IMG/VR virus record: IMGVR_UViG_3300043331_002222
Length of the DNA: 64,000 nucleotides
Reading direction: 5' to 3' (one strand)
Origin: a virus
The translations under genes and the position numbers were made by a program. Positions 36,401-45,127 of this stretch are shown here, one piece after another. The notes under the pieces are model-generated. The model worked only from the letters and a program-made list of their open reading frames with translations, was not told where the DNA came from and searched no databases. Numbering within the stretch: position 1 is the stretch's first letter; each line of letters starts with the position of its first letter.

Positions 36401-38572
36401 CCGGCGCCGGTCAGGCGGTGGAGTTAGCGCGACCGGGCTCGTGTTGATGACCTGGGCACCGACCGTCCCGTCCGGCGAGTGGATGGTGCGCAGCTGCCCG
36501 GCCGTGTTGAGCTGGACCAGCACTGAGCGCTGGTCACCGGTGGTCGTCCACTTGGAGTAGATCGTGTTCGGGGTGCCCGGGGTCCAGTCCTCCGCCGAGA
36601 TCTCGGCGTCGATGACGATGTCGCCGGTGATGTCCAGGCTCGCCTTGTCACTGGTCTCGGCCTGCGAGACCGAGGCGCCGCTCAGGCTCAGGGTCGGCAG
36701 GGCCGGGACCCACCTCCCCTTCTGATTCAGTACCTCCATCGCGTAGCTGTGGAAGTCGAAGACCTCCCGCTCCCAGCTAAGGTCCGGCCCCAGCGTCGTC
36801 AGCTCGGGAGAGTCGAAGCTCTCGGTGATGACCTCTGGTACGACCGCGACCTTGTCACAGGTCGCCCCGTGGCCCGTGACCGACAGCACGGTGCTGTCCA
36901 GCCCCGTGACTTCCGGGGCCTGGGTGAACAGCACGAACTGGAGGTCGTCCTCGGTAGTGACGTTGAACGGGGTGACCAGACCACCGTTGGCCGGGTCGGA
37001 CGCCTCCCCGGTAGCGAAGCTCGCGAACGTCTCATCACCGGTCCCGAGGTCCTCGCTCTGCATGGTCGCGGCAAGCCAGGGGCTGAACTGGCTGCTGTTC
37101 GACGAGAGCACGAGGTCGAACGGGTTAGGGAACTGGATGCCCTCCCCGAAGTCGATGGTGACCGGCTTGTACTCGTTGCCGAACTCGTCGAGGTTGTTCA
37201 GCCCGCCGGGCAGCGCGTCGACCTCCTCGGGGTCGACCTCGAACGGCCCGGCGAACGGTGCCCCGGTAACGCTGGGAGCGAAGCTCACCGTGAGTGGCTC
37301 GTCTGGGTCCTCAGCGGTCGACAGGTTGAGCCGGACACTGCGGTACTCGGTCGACGGGCTGGGGTTAGCGATCGCGTTCTGCCGAGCCTCCACACCAGCG
37401 AGGACCCGAGCGCCCCAGGTCCGGTTGTACGGCTGACTGTCGACCGTGTCGACCCCGTTGTTGATGAGCCTGACGGCAGGCACGCCGTCGCGCAGCGCGC
37501 CCACTGCACCCGTGGGGAGGCTACCCGACAGCGTGGCCGGGAAGAAGTCCCAGTCGAGGCTCTCGAAGTGGACCGGCACGACGATCATCTGGTCGCTGAC
37601 GGTCCGGACGTCCAGGTTCGAGCTGAGCCCGTACTCGCTCTCGCCGTAGCCGTTGCGGATGACCAGCGCGTACTCGGTCCCGGCTACGACAGAAGCGGGC
37701 GTGCCGGTCGCCCCGGGCGCGTGGAGCGGCACCCGCACCCACTGGTTGACCTGGTTGGCCACGCCACTGGGCACCTCGAGGATGCCGAACCCGACGCGCC
37801 GCTCCGGGATCGAGTCGACGTGCATGTTGACCGTGTTGTAGGCGAAGCCGGCGTTGAACAGCTCGACGTCGAAGATGAGCCGTCGGTTGCCGACCGCCGC
37901 CGCGAACTGGCGGATCATGGTCGGCGTGACCTCGTGCCACAGGAGCGTGTCCCCGCTCTCCACCCACGCCTCGCCCATGTGGAAGTTGGAGTTGCCCCCG
38001 GGAAAGACCCTGGTCCACAGCCTCGGGTTGGCCACGTTGTTCATGTCACCCTCGCGGCTGACCCTGAGGTTGGTCGAGAACGCGACCCACTGGATGGCGA
38101 GGGAGATGACCTGGACGTTGAGGGGGTAGCTGGCCGCGTTCGGGAACCGCAACGTGGCCTGGCCGGCCGAGCTGTTGGCGTTCACTCCGACCGTGTCATC
38201 GGCGCCGAGGTCGCCGGCCTGAGGCGCGCCACCGCCGGGGTAGTGGGTCAGGTTGTTCGACGCCGTGATGGAGCTGGGGATCTGCGTGATGGTGTGCGGT
38301 GGGTCCGCGTCCAGGTCCGCGAACTCCATCAGCTCGACGAAGTACGGCAGCCGGTGGCCACCGAACAGGGCACTGGGCGTCAGCAGCGGGACGTTGGTCA
38401 GCGCTCCGCAGTAGACCGCTACCTCGTCGACCTCGCCCGTGCGCTGGGCGGTGAACCTGAGCACGTGCTGCGTCATCCCGGTCGCCGGGGTGGAGAACCC
38501 GGTGGTCCCGACACCGAGGTACTCCAGCCCCAGCGCGCCCGGGCCGTTCGGGTTGAACGTGGAGCGGGTCAC
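33452..38572 (-). CDS. Large minor tail/receptor-binding protein with two LamG/ConA-like modules
   Basis: 1706 aa, beta-rich; two similar DWTPG...DxDNGxGxHxVxFYT modules; directly after the tape measure. Confidence 0.75.
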   Translation of the reverse strand: MTRSTFNPNGPGALGLEYLGVGTTGFSTPATGMTQHVLRFTAQRTGEVDEVAVYCGALTNVPLLTPSALFGGHRLPYFVELMEFADLDADPPHTITQIPSSITASNNLTHYPGGGAPQAGDLGADDTVGVNANSSAGQATLRFPNAASYPLNVQVISLAIQWVAFSTNLRVSREGDMNNVANPRLWTRVFPGGNSNFHMGEAWVESGDTLLWHEVTPTMIRQFAAAVGNRRLIFDVELFNAGFAYNTVNMHVDSIPERRVGFGILEVPSGVANQVNQWVRVPLHAPGATGTPASVVAGTEYALVIRNGYGESEYGLSSNLDVRTVSDQMIVVPVHFESLDWDFFPATLSGSLPTGAVGALRDGVPAVRLINNGVDTVDSQPYNRTWGARVLAGVEARQNAIANPSPSTEYRSVRLNLSTAEDPDEPLTVSFAPSVTGAPFAGPFEVDPEEVDALPGGLNNLDEFGNEYKPVTIDFGEGIQFPNPFDLVLSSNSSQFSPWLAATMQSEDLGTGDETFASFATGEASDPANGGLVTPFNVTTEDDLQFVLFTQAPEVTGLDSTVLSVTGHGATCDKVAVVPEVITESFDSPELTTLGPDLSWEREVFDFHSYAMEVLNQKGRWVPALPTLSLSGASVSQAETSDKASLDITGDIVIDAEISAEDWTPGTPNTIYSKWTTTGDQRSVLVQLNTAGQLRTIHSPDGTVGAQVINTSPVALTPPPDRRRVAVRVAIDVDNGAGGHTVRFYTADKFEDGFTFLAERVTAGVTSIFAGTAPARVGGFNSTSSEPFIGYIDRVRVYAGLAATDLRADPSFQDQVVGDTLFDDTVGNSWSLSTNADIILHTDSPIAPGTYEDLQFPQPTVTSPDVRVQLDVDSLEDPLLSGAWIVDIGAVVRARLTDDGDDYRGYAVAVGKSDTIFVGGVVWHLIIFKVDGRANVTVIDSDFASTVALPGHLTVEVQGPRISATFTHSSGSTGPLHVEAVDDSFKDGLTGLGASFQFDEAGDTASLVFDNFSLEPIVPICADCDVPEITYPRICWSPTELGEDFSFYELERRVGDQAGKTVAIITPDEVSVTAVGASDHEDDTSETLVIAPSVIAEGDELLFCHWHAFGAPFGWNVTGTGMNPLGTALSVPATTGSPSAFIAPNRAEFEVTDLDVRAYVNLADWTPGTVLDSESIAGQGEVPSNVGWGFVVLATGALTFLYTTNGSTINLRLSTVATGFTNGTWHWIRCTVDADDGLGNHVVKFYTSDNGIVWTQLGATVTTAGTINIFNSTAPLLVGTPPGNTSWTPTLFRYVEVRNQIDGPKASVIAAPDFHSLLPGTTSFQDDCAESIAVANTWAVTGSPSIVTDHELENASGSGRTSSVTSWQQVPAGATPPKAATVIPASLWSAMSVLVRGDDGPPVIEQVATALPAFDGTSIGCSVFAKRGQHLLALFGTGAGDTASITPPSPHSGTWTTIVDMGDTNQQFVRLLAWIRPVLNDGEQSVIIPQTAGASPPWDYHLKVVVLSNVAEFLPSCYDDWSVPYGVPACYRIRQGRADGSISDWSPEVCTTVPAPEGVDLIFTAPDMPELNAAYNEAHTRLPTTREYTLLDADQLTLQAVYGRDNQLAFRPAEKLGVAFNRTLLVSPLCQNEVPCLEAVRPLRDLMTAPVDFLVVRDTCGNSWYASLNVPTVTQFSSPDMPDLWTANIEVVELAEPILASVVSGA

Positions 38573-41500
38573 CCTCGCACCCTCGCGGTGAACTCGAGGC
38601 CACGCCGGTCCAGTACCCGCTGGACCGCGGCCGAGGTGGCGGTGGCGATGCCAGTTGCGTCAGCGGTGCCCGTGACGTTGACGTTGACGTTGATGTCGCC
38701 GACGCTGTTCACGAACGAGTTGCCCGGTCCGACCCCGCTGACGCTGGGCGTGGCGAACAGCCCGGACTGCTCGAGGATCTGCAGGGAGCGGCGCAGGTCG
38801 TCGAGCGGGAGGATGGCCTCCCGGCCGTGCAGGATCGCCGGGGTGCCCGAACCGAACTCGCCGATGCCGCCACCCTGAAAGAACGGGACGCCCGGGATGT
38901 CGAAGCCGGGGGAGAGGTCCGGGAGCTTGATGGACTTGATCTTGTCGATCAGGTCACCGATCCACCCGATCGCGGTCTGGATGACGTCGATGACGCCCTC
39001 GATCGCCCGCTTCGCGGTGTTGATCGGTCCCGAGAGGAACCGCCACGCGTCCTTGAGGGCGTTGATGACCGGCGTGAACGTGCCGCGGATGAAGCTCGCC
39101 GCTGGCGCGATGACGTTGTTGTAGATGTTCGAGAGCGCCGAGCGAGCCGTGTCGATCGCGCCCTTGAGGACGTTGAACGCCGAGCGGGCACCGGTCAGCG
39201 CGGCGTTGAACACGCCGCTGATGAACGAGGCGACCGGCACCGCGACGTTCCGCCACAGGAACGTCAGGACCGAGATCACCTGCTGGATGGCCGGCATGAC
39301 GACCCCGAGGAACACCCGGGCCAAGAACGAGAGCACGGGGATGAAGTTGGCGCTGATGAAGCTCCACAGCGGTTGAAAGACGTTCTTCCAGAGGAAGATC
39401 CCGAGCGAGATCAGGGCACCGATCACCGTGAGCAACGGCCCGGCGACCGCGGCGACGATCAGACCCAGTACGGGGAGGAACAACGACTGCAGGAACTGCG
39501 CGAACGGGAGGAAGACGTTCTGGTACAGGAACAGCACGACCGTGGTCAGGACCTGCAGGGCGGGAATGATGATCGTGCTGAAGATGGTGGCCAAGAACTG
39601 GAAGACGGGGACGAACACCGCTTGGAGGAACTGACCGAACGGCACGAGGACCGTCTGCCAGAGCGCCACGAAGAAGTCCGCGATGGACTGGAAGACGGGC
39701 AGGAACGTCGAGGAGAGGAACTGACCGAACGGCACGAGGATGTCCTGGTACAGCTCGACGAAGAAGTCCGCGACCACCTGCAGGAACGGTCCCAAGTTGG
39801 ACGAGATGATGGTGGCCAGAGCACCGAACGCCATGGCCAGGAGCGAGATCTGGGTAGCGATCCCCAGCAAGACTGGGGCAGCGAGGTGCCGGATGAACAG
39901 CGTGACCAGCTGGAGGAGCGGTGGCAGCACCGGAGCGATGGCGATGAAGAGGTCCACGAGGCCCTGGGCGATCGCCTCCAGAGACTCGGCCAACGATGGA
40001 AGGACAGGAGCGAGCGCTTCGACGATCTCCAGAAGCGCTTCACCGAGCGCCTCGAGGACCGGTTCGAGGGCCTCGACGAGCCGCTCCAGCGCGAACGCCA
40101 GGCCACCGATGATGATGGCCGCCACCTGCTCCAGTACGGGCAGCAGTCGCTCCAGTACCGGTGCGAGGACCCGGATCAGGGTGAGGGCTAGGTCCAGGAA
40201 CGGTTGTCCGATCCGCAGTACCGCACCGAGGAGGACGAAGAGCACGTCAGCGAGCGGTTGGATGAGCGGCGCGATCAGCTCCAGCGCGTCACCCACCCGA
40301 TCGATCAGGATGGTACCGAAGTGCTCTAGCAACGGGGTGATGCTGTTGAGGACCGGTTGCAACTGGTCGAACAGGCTCTTGCCCAGCTCGATGACCCGCT
40401 CTACCAGCCCGAAGAACGCGTTGCGGAGTGGCTCGCTCGCCGCGACGATGCCGATCAGCAAGCCGGCCAGCGGGCTGATGCGTGGGATCAGCGCGCCCAG
40501 CGGCCCCAGCGCGGACGAGATCGCAGTGAGCGCGGCGCCCGCCCCGGCGCCGGCCAGCGGGATGAGGATGCCCTTCAGCGAGTCCAGCCCCTCGAGCACC
40601 GGGTCGATCAGGTCCGGGACCCGCTCTAGGAACCCGATGAGGGCCGTGAAGAACTCGCTCTTGGCGAACGTGGTGCCCAGCCCCTCGACCTTCTCGCCGA
40701 TGGCGTCGATGACCTCGGTGGCCGTGGTGAACGCTGTGGTGAGCGCGCCGCTGAACGGCTCGATGATGCTGGCGCCGAAGCGGGCGAACGCTGCGGAGAG
40801 GCCGCCGAGCGAACCGGAGAGGGTCTGGCGGAGCTGCTCCATCGTGCCGCCCAGGGCGACGGTCGCGCCGGCGATGCCGGTCGAGCCGTTGATGATGCCG
40901 TCGGCGAGGACGTCGATCGCCTCCTGGGCGGGAACGGCCCCGTCCGAGACCATCTTGCGCATCTCCTCGGTGGTGACCCCGAAGTGGTTGCCCAGGATCG
41001 CCAGAGCGTTGACCCCGACCTCGCTGAAGGCCAGGATGTCGTCACCCATGATCCGGCCCGTCGAGCTCACCTGACCGAACGCGAAGATCAGCCGCTCCGC
41101 GACCTCGTTAGCCCGCCCGCCCTGGGTCGCCGCGGCCTCGCCGATCGCGGTCAGGATGCCCGGGATCTTGCCCGCCTCGATGCCCATGGCGGACATGATC
41201 TGCGCGCCCCGGGCGAACTGGTCCAGGTTGAACGGCGTGCCCCGCACCACCTCGAGGACGTCGGCGAGCAGCTCGGCCGCAGCAGCACTGTCCCCGAGGC
41301 TGATCGCCAGGGCCGCGGTCGAGTCCTGGATAGTGGTGAGGCGCTGGAAGCCCTTGGTCAGACTGATCGCGATCCCGACACCAGCGGTGGCCGCCGCCGA
41401 GGTGAGCGTGGTCTGGATGAACTCGGCTGCTCCACGGACAGCGGTGCGCAGGCCGTTGGTGATCGCGCTCCCGATCTCCCGAGCGATGTTCACCCCGGCC

Positions 41501-41829
41501 CGGCCGGCCGCCCGAGCGAGGTCCACGAACGCCCCGGCGGCGGACCGGGCCGCGTTGAAGAACGCGTCATCGATGCCACTGGCAGCCTGGCTGGCCGCGT
41601 CGTCGACCCCGGTGAACCCAGTCTGGATCGTCTCGAGCGCCCGGAGCGAGTCACTCGAGGCCTCTCGGAACGCCCGAGCGACTCCAGACCCAGCGTCGGC
41701 GGCAGCGTCGTCGATCCGGCTCATCCGACGGATGAACTCGTCGATGGTCTGGTCCGCGCTGCGGGTGTCGGCCACGACCTCGACGAACGCCGAGGCGATG
41801 GGACCGGCACCCGCGGACGCGAACGACAC
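38569..41829 (-). CDS. Tape measure protein
   Basis: IASAFVEVVAD N-terminus, TPFNLDQFARGAQ tape-measure domain, amphipathic repeats, C-terminal EAILPL. Confidence 0.92.
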   Translation of the reverse strand: MSFASAGAGPIASAFVEVVADTRSADQTIDEFIRRMSRIDDAAADAGSGVARAFREASSDSLRALETIQTGFTGVDDAASQAASGIDDAFFNAARSAAGAFVDLARAAGRAGVNIAREIGSAITNGLRTAVRGAAEFIQTTLTSAAATAGVGIAISLTKGFQRLTTIQDSTAALAISLGDSAAAAELLADVLEVVRGTPFNLDQFARGAQIMSAMGIEAGKIPGILTAIGEAAATQGGRANEVAERLIFAFGQVSSTGRIMGDDILAFSEVGVNALAILGNHFGVTTEEMRKMVSDGAVPAQEAIDVLADGIINGSTGIAGATVALGGTMEQLRQTLSGSLGGLSAAFARFGASIIEPFSGALTTAFTTATEVIDAIGEKVEGLGTTFAKSEFFTALIGFLERVPDLIDPVLEGLDSLKGILIPLAGAGAGAALTAISSALGPLGALIPRISPLAGLLIGIVAASEPLRNAFFGLVERVIELGKSLFDQLQPVLNSITPLLEHFGTILIDRVGDALELIAPLIQPLADVLFVLLGAVLRIGQPFLDLALTLIRVLAPVLERLLPVLEQVAAIIIGGLAFALERLVEALEPVLEALGEALLEIVEALAPVLPSLAESLEAIAQGLVDLFIAIAPVLPPLLQLVTLFIRHLAAPVLLGIATQISLLAMAFGALATIISSNLGPFLQVVADFFVELYQDILVPFGQFLSSTFLPVFQSIADFFVALWQTVLVPFGQFLQAVFVPVFQFLATIFSTIIIPALQVLTTVVLFLYQNVFLPFAQFLQSLFLPVLGLIVAAVAGPLLTVIGALISLGIFLWKNVFQPLWSFISANFIPVLSFLARVFLGVVMPAIQQVISVLTFLWRNVAVPVASFISGVFNAALTGARSAFNVLKGAIDTARSALSNIYNNVIAPAASFIRGTFTPVINALKDAWRFLSGPINTAKRAIEGVIDVIQTAIGWIGDLIDKIKSIKLPDLSPGFDIPGVPFFQGGGIGEFGSGTPAILHGREAILPLDDLRRSLQILEQSGLFATPSVSGVGPGNSFVNSVGDINVNVNVTGTADATGIATATSAAVQRVLDRRGLEFTARVRG

Positions 41830-42164
41830 TAGTTCACCTGCCCCACGACGAAGCCCATCTCGCGGGCGGCCTGGATAGAACTGGCGGCAGCGTCCTCGTC
41901 ACCCTTCCACCACGATGGAACCTTCCTCGGCTTGGGCTGACCGTCGACTGTGAACATGTGGACCACAGTGTCTTCCTTGAGGAGCGCTTCGAACTTCTCT
42001 CGGTCTTCCTTATCGAGGTTCTGGACGACTCTGAAATAGATGAGGTTGAGGTACCGGTGGTAGGCCAGTTCCTCGGGGTCTACGCCTCGGCTGGCGCACC
42101 AGCCGTCGAACTCGTGGTGGTTCCGTCGTGCCCATTCTGCGAGGACAACGACGGCTCGGTAGGG
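41829..42164 (-). CDS. Tail assembly chaperone, second (-1 frameshift) ORF, not in ORF track
   Basis: Open -1 frame PYRAVVVLAEW...FDGWCASRGVDPEEL...LNLIY...VPSWWKGDEDAAAS; no own start; stop overlaps the TMP GTG. Confidence 0.75.
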   Translation of the reverse strand, partial: PYRAVVVLAEWARRNHHEFDGWCASRGVDPEELAYHRYLNLIYFRVVQNLDKEDREKFEALLKEDTVVHMFTVDGQPKPRKVPSWWKGDEDAAASSIQAAREMGFVVGQVN

Positions 42165-42541
42165 CGGCCGCTGTACCTGCCGATCAAGAATCGCAGGACG
42201 TCCTGCACCTGGTACAGGTCGATGGGCTCTGTGACCGACCGGAGCCGGTCAGCGAAGCGCTGCGCCGACTCCGGCAGCAGCACCTGGTCGAGGAACGCCA
42301 TCAGCCTGGCGTTCAGCCGTTGGTTGGCGGCCATCAGCTGCACGACCTGCTGCTGCGTGGCGTGGTCAGCGTCCAGGTCCAGCAGCGGAGCGAACTCACT
42401 CACGTCCGTGATCTCGCTGATGATGCCGGCGCCGACGAGGGGCACCGCCTCGAAGACGTCCCCGTCGATCTTGAACTTGATCGTGTCGGGGGCCTTCTTG
42501 GTAGGTGTTGCCCTGCTGAAGTCTTGGATCTCTTCCGTCAT
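42080..42541 (-). CDS. Tail assembly chaperone
   Basis: IKFKIDGDVFEA, ends YSGRPT plus a low-complexity tail; position before the TMP. Confidence 0.8.
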   Translation of the reverse strand: MTEEIQDFSRATPTKKAPDTIKFKIDGDVFEAVPLVGAGIISEITDVSEFAPLLDLDADHATQQQVVQLMAANQRLNARLMAFLDQVLLPESAQRFADRLRSVTEPIDLYQVQDVLRFLIGRYSGRPTEPSLSSQNGHDGTTTSSTAGAPAEA

Positions 42542-42840
42542 GTGATCTCCCTAGCAAGTGCGGTGCTGAGGAACGGGCGGCCCCGCAGGTACCTCGTACC
42601 ATTGTGGACGAAGAGCGCGTACCGCACGTTGGTGCCTACTCTAACTACAAGCTGGTCCGCTCCGCGAGGGACGGGCCGGGTGACCTGAATGGAAGACCTC
42701 AGGCGGCCTTTATCTACTGGGCAGAGCCGCTTGGCATCGTTGTGCACCTTCAGCCCGGTGATGTACAGCCGGTTGCCCACCGGCCCGCCGGTGGAGTGCA
42801 AGATCCGAGAGATCGCGCCACGGTTGACCTCGACCGTCAC
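42538..42840 (-). CDS. HK97 gp10-like neck/tail completion protein
   Basis: AKRLCPVDKGRLRSSI, VGTNVRYALFVHNGT, RPFL. Confidence 0.8.
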   Translation of the reverse strand: MTVEVNRGAISRILHSTGGPVGNRLYITGLKVHNDAKRLCPVDKGRLRSSIQVTRPVPRGADQLVVRVGTNVRYALFVHNGTRYLRGRPFLSTALAREIT

Positions 42841-43367
42841 GGGCACTCCAGGCACGGCGGGTAGCCGACAAGGACCTGCAGCGTCGAGCCCGAGCACCCA
42901 CCCTCGGGTCCGACCGTGAGCTGGTCACCGTACGTCCAGTTGTGCGGCCCCGGCCCGACGAGGGTGTCCATCGCCGGCGTGTCGTTCAAGCAGCAGGCGA
43001 CCCCGTCCCAGAGCTGCTCCATGTCCAGCATGGCCTCCTGGGCCGCGATGTCGAGCTGCTCACAGGTGGGTGGCCGACCGTTCACCCCGACCGGCGCGCA
43101 CCGGGCGACGGTCACGAGGTAGACCACGACGATGAACGGCGCCGCGCAGTTGCGCGGCGTGTTGAAGTCCGGGATCGGGAACGTTCTCGACGGGTAGCGA
43201 CGGACGACGCTGACGGTCAGCTGTCCACCGGCGTCACCGCTGCAGCAGTTCTCGATCGAGGGCTCGAGCCCTGGGACCACGCAGTGCCTCGTCGGGCAGC
43301 GCGCCCCGAGGCGCGTGCAAGCGCAGTCCAGTAGGTACGCCGCGAGATCGTAGAGACGGCCGTCCAC
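42837..43367 (-). CDS. Probable tail terminator
   Basis: Position; Cys-rich ENCC..GQLTV, GPEGGCSG. Confidence 0.65.
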   Translation of the reverse strand: MDGRLYDLAAYLLDCACTRLGARCPTRHCVVPGLEPSIENCCSGDAGGQLTVSVVRRYPSRTFPIPDFNTPRNCAAPFIVVVYLVTVARCAPVGVNGRPPTCEQLDIAAQEAMLDMEQLWDGVACCLNDTPAMDTLVGPGPHNWTYGDQLTVGPEGGCSGSTLQVLVGYPPCLECP

Positions 43368-43371
43368 CGCG

Positions 43372-44172
43372 TCACCCCACGATGCGCGGTGGCGGTCGGT
43401 CCGGTGAGTACGCCCGCGCCCGGTCCATCAGGCCCCGGGGGTTGTACCGTCGGATGAACAGGTCGGGCAGCAGCACCCCGGTCAGCCCACTGTCGAGGAG
43501 CTTGACCGGGTCGAGCGTGAACGTGACGCCCTGCCGGGTGACCTGGGTGACGTACGGCGGCAGCTCGCACTCCAGCCCAGCGCACGCCTTGGCGAGCTCG
43601 CAGGCGTACTTCGCAACCGCCAGCTGCCCGAGAGCCGGAACCGGCTCTCCGAACTTCACCTCGAGGAGCAGCGTGCCCGGGCCACCGGTCACCTCGTAGT
43701 TCTGGCAGCGTGGCCACTCGGCCCCGACCCGAACGAGGCGCTGGTGGTCGTACACGAGGTAGTCCGACCCGCTAGCGAGCGGGGAACCGTCCAGCGTGAC
43801 CGAGACGACCTCGTGCACCGGGTCCGGCAGTAGGATCTCGCTGAAGCTCGTGCACGAGCACTCGCCTGCGCAGTTACCACAGGCGAGGTTCAACCACACG
43901 CCACCGACCAGAGCCGGCCACGGGTACCCCCAGTGGTTCCAAACGATACCGTCGCTCCACAGGAAGTCTGGTGGCCACTGGTCGGTGCAGTCCCGTCGGC
44001 AGGGCCGGAGCGTGACCGCGCAGTTTCCGAAGCGCTGGCCAGTCGCCAGCCACAGCGCCTCGCTAGCCGCTTCGAGGGCGAGCCCAGTGACGGCCGGCGC
44101 GATGCCTAGCTCGATGAAGTCACAGCACGAATCGTCGTCGAACGGCCACGGTTCGCAGAGGTAGCCGTACAC
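43372..44172 (-). CDS. Head-to-tail adaptor
   Basis: ASEALWLATGQRF..C.VTLRPC, ACELAKAC, VTRQGVT, TGVLLPDLFI. Confidence 0.8.
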   Translation of the reverse strand: MYGYLCEPWPFDDDSCCDFIELGIAPAVTGLALEAASEALWLATGQRFGNCAVTLRPCRRDCTDQWPPDFLWSDGIVWNHWGYPWPALVGGVWLNLACGNCAGECSCTSFSEILLPDPVHEVVSVTLDGSPLASGSDYLVYDHQRLVRVGAEWPRCQNYEVTGGPGTLLLEVKFGEPVPALGQLAVAKYACELAKACAGLECELPPYVTQVTRQGVTFTLDPVKLLDSGLTGVLLPDLFIRRYNPRGLMDRARAYSPDRPPPRIVG

Positions 44173-44176
44173 ACGA

Positions 44177-44839
44177 CTACAGGGCGACCGAACCGCAGCC
44201 GGTGATCACCGGCAGGGGCAAGGCCGCGATGTTGAAGCCGAAGTGGGCGTTGGGTGGCACGGCACTGATCCAGTCGACCGCGGTCGGACCACCTCCCCAG
44301 AGCGGGCTCGCGATACCCGACTTGCCCGAGAGGCTCCACTCCAGCACGTCGTCCTGGATGGTGAAGTCGTTGAACCGGCCGGCGCCCACGTTGGGGAAGG
44401 CCCAGTACACGTGGTTCTGGACCGCGCCCGCACCGCAGGCCTGGCCGCTGACCTTCTGCCAGACCTCCAGGCTGAAGCGCTGGGTGACCGAGCCCTCGGT
44501 GACCCAGAAGCCGGTCCCGGTCGCCGGAGCGCCGGTCACGACCACCGGCACGCCCGTGATCAGGTTGACGACGTCCGGGTCGACTGCGCAGAACTGGACG
44601 GCGAGGTCGACGCGGCGGAACTGGTCGGGCCCCACGTCGTTGACGCAGAACTCACCGTTCGCCTTGCGGAGCTGGTACTCGGTGCCGTCCTCGTACTGCT
44701 GGGTCACCCCGACCTGCACGAAGCCGTCGGTCACCACCTGGTTGCCCACGCCCGTGACGGGCACGCCGCACTCGTTCAGACGGACGATCCGCATCCGCGT
44801 GCCCTGGATGGGTGCCGCGCACAGGGTCGGCTGCGCCAT
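44177..44839 (-). CDS. Major tail protein
   Basis: GTRMRIVRLNECG, YEDGTE..KANGEFC, FCAVDPD, FSLEVW. Confidence 0.82.
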   Translation of the reverse strand: MAQPTLCAAPIQGTRMRIVRLNECGVPVTGVGNQVVTDGFVQVGVTQQYEDGTEYQLRKANGEFCVNDVGPDQFRRVDLAVQFCAVDPDVVNLITGVPVVVTGAPATGTGFWVTEGSVTQRFSLEVWQKVSGQACGAGAVQNHVYWAFPNVGAGRFNDFTIQDDVLEWSLSGKSGIASPLWGGGPTAVDWISAVPPNAHFGFNIAALPLPVITGCGSVAL

Positions 44840-44842
44840 GGC

Positions 44843-45127
44843 TTACTCCTTCGTGTGCTCGTCGATCAGGTCGGCGATCTCGTCCCGACCCATGTCGTCG
44901 GTGACGGTCAGACCGAGAACGTCGGTCGCGTAGGCGGCCTGCGCGTCCCGACCACTGCCGGAACCGGTACGGGGCGGTGGCGCAGACAGGCCGGGAGCCG
45001 CCTGCACCACCGCCTCTGCGGCGCCCACCGCGTCCTCTGGTGTCCCGTCGTAGCGGGTGAGCCGACGGAGAGTCGGCTTCCCGTACAGCTTGTCGTGCGC
45101 GTCGTGGAAGTGCTCTTCGGTAGCCAT
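44843..45127 (-). CDS. Small virion-module protein
   Basis: GGAG RBS; C-terminal MGRDEIADL helix-extension-helix-like. Confidence 0.55.
   Translation of the reverse strand: MATEEHFHDAHDKLYGKPTLRRLTRYDGTPEDAVGAAEAVVQAAPGLSAPPPRTGSGSGRDAQAAYATDVLGLTVTDDMGRDEIADLIDEHTKE

Noticed and set aside
36749-38878. 709-aa plus-strand ORF
   Set aside because: Antisense shadow of the large tail protein; high GC suppresses stops and the translation has no recognisable motifs
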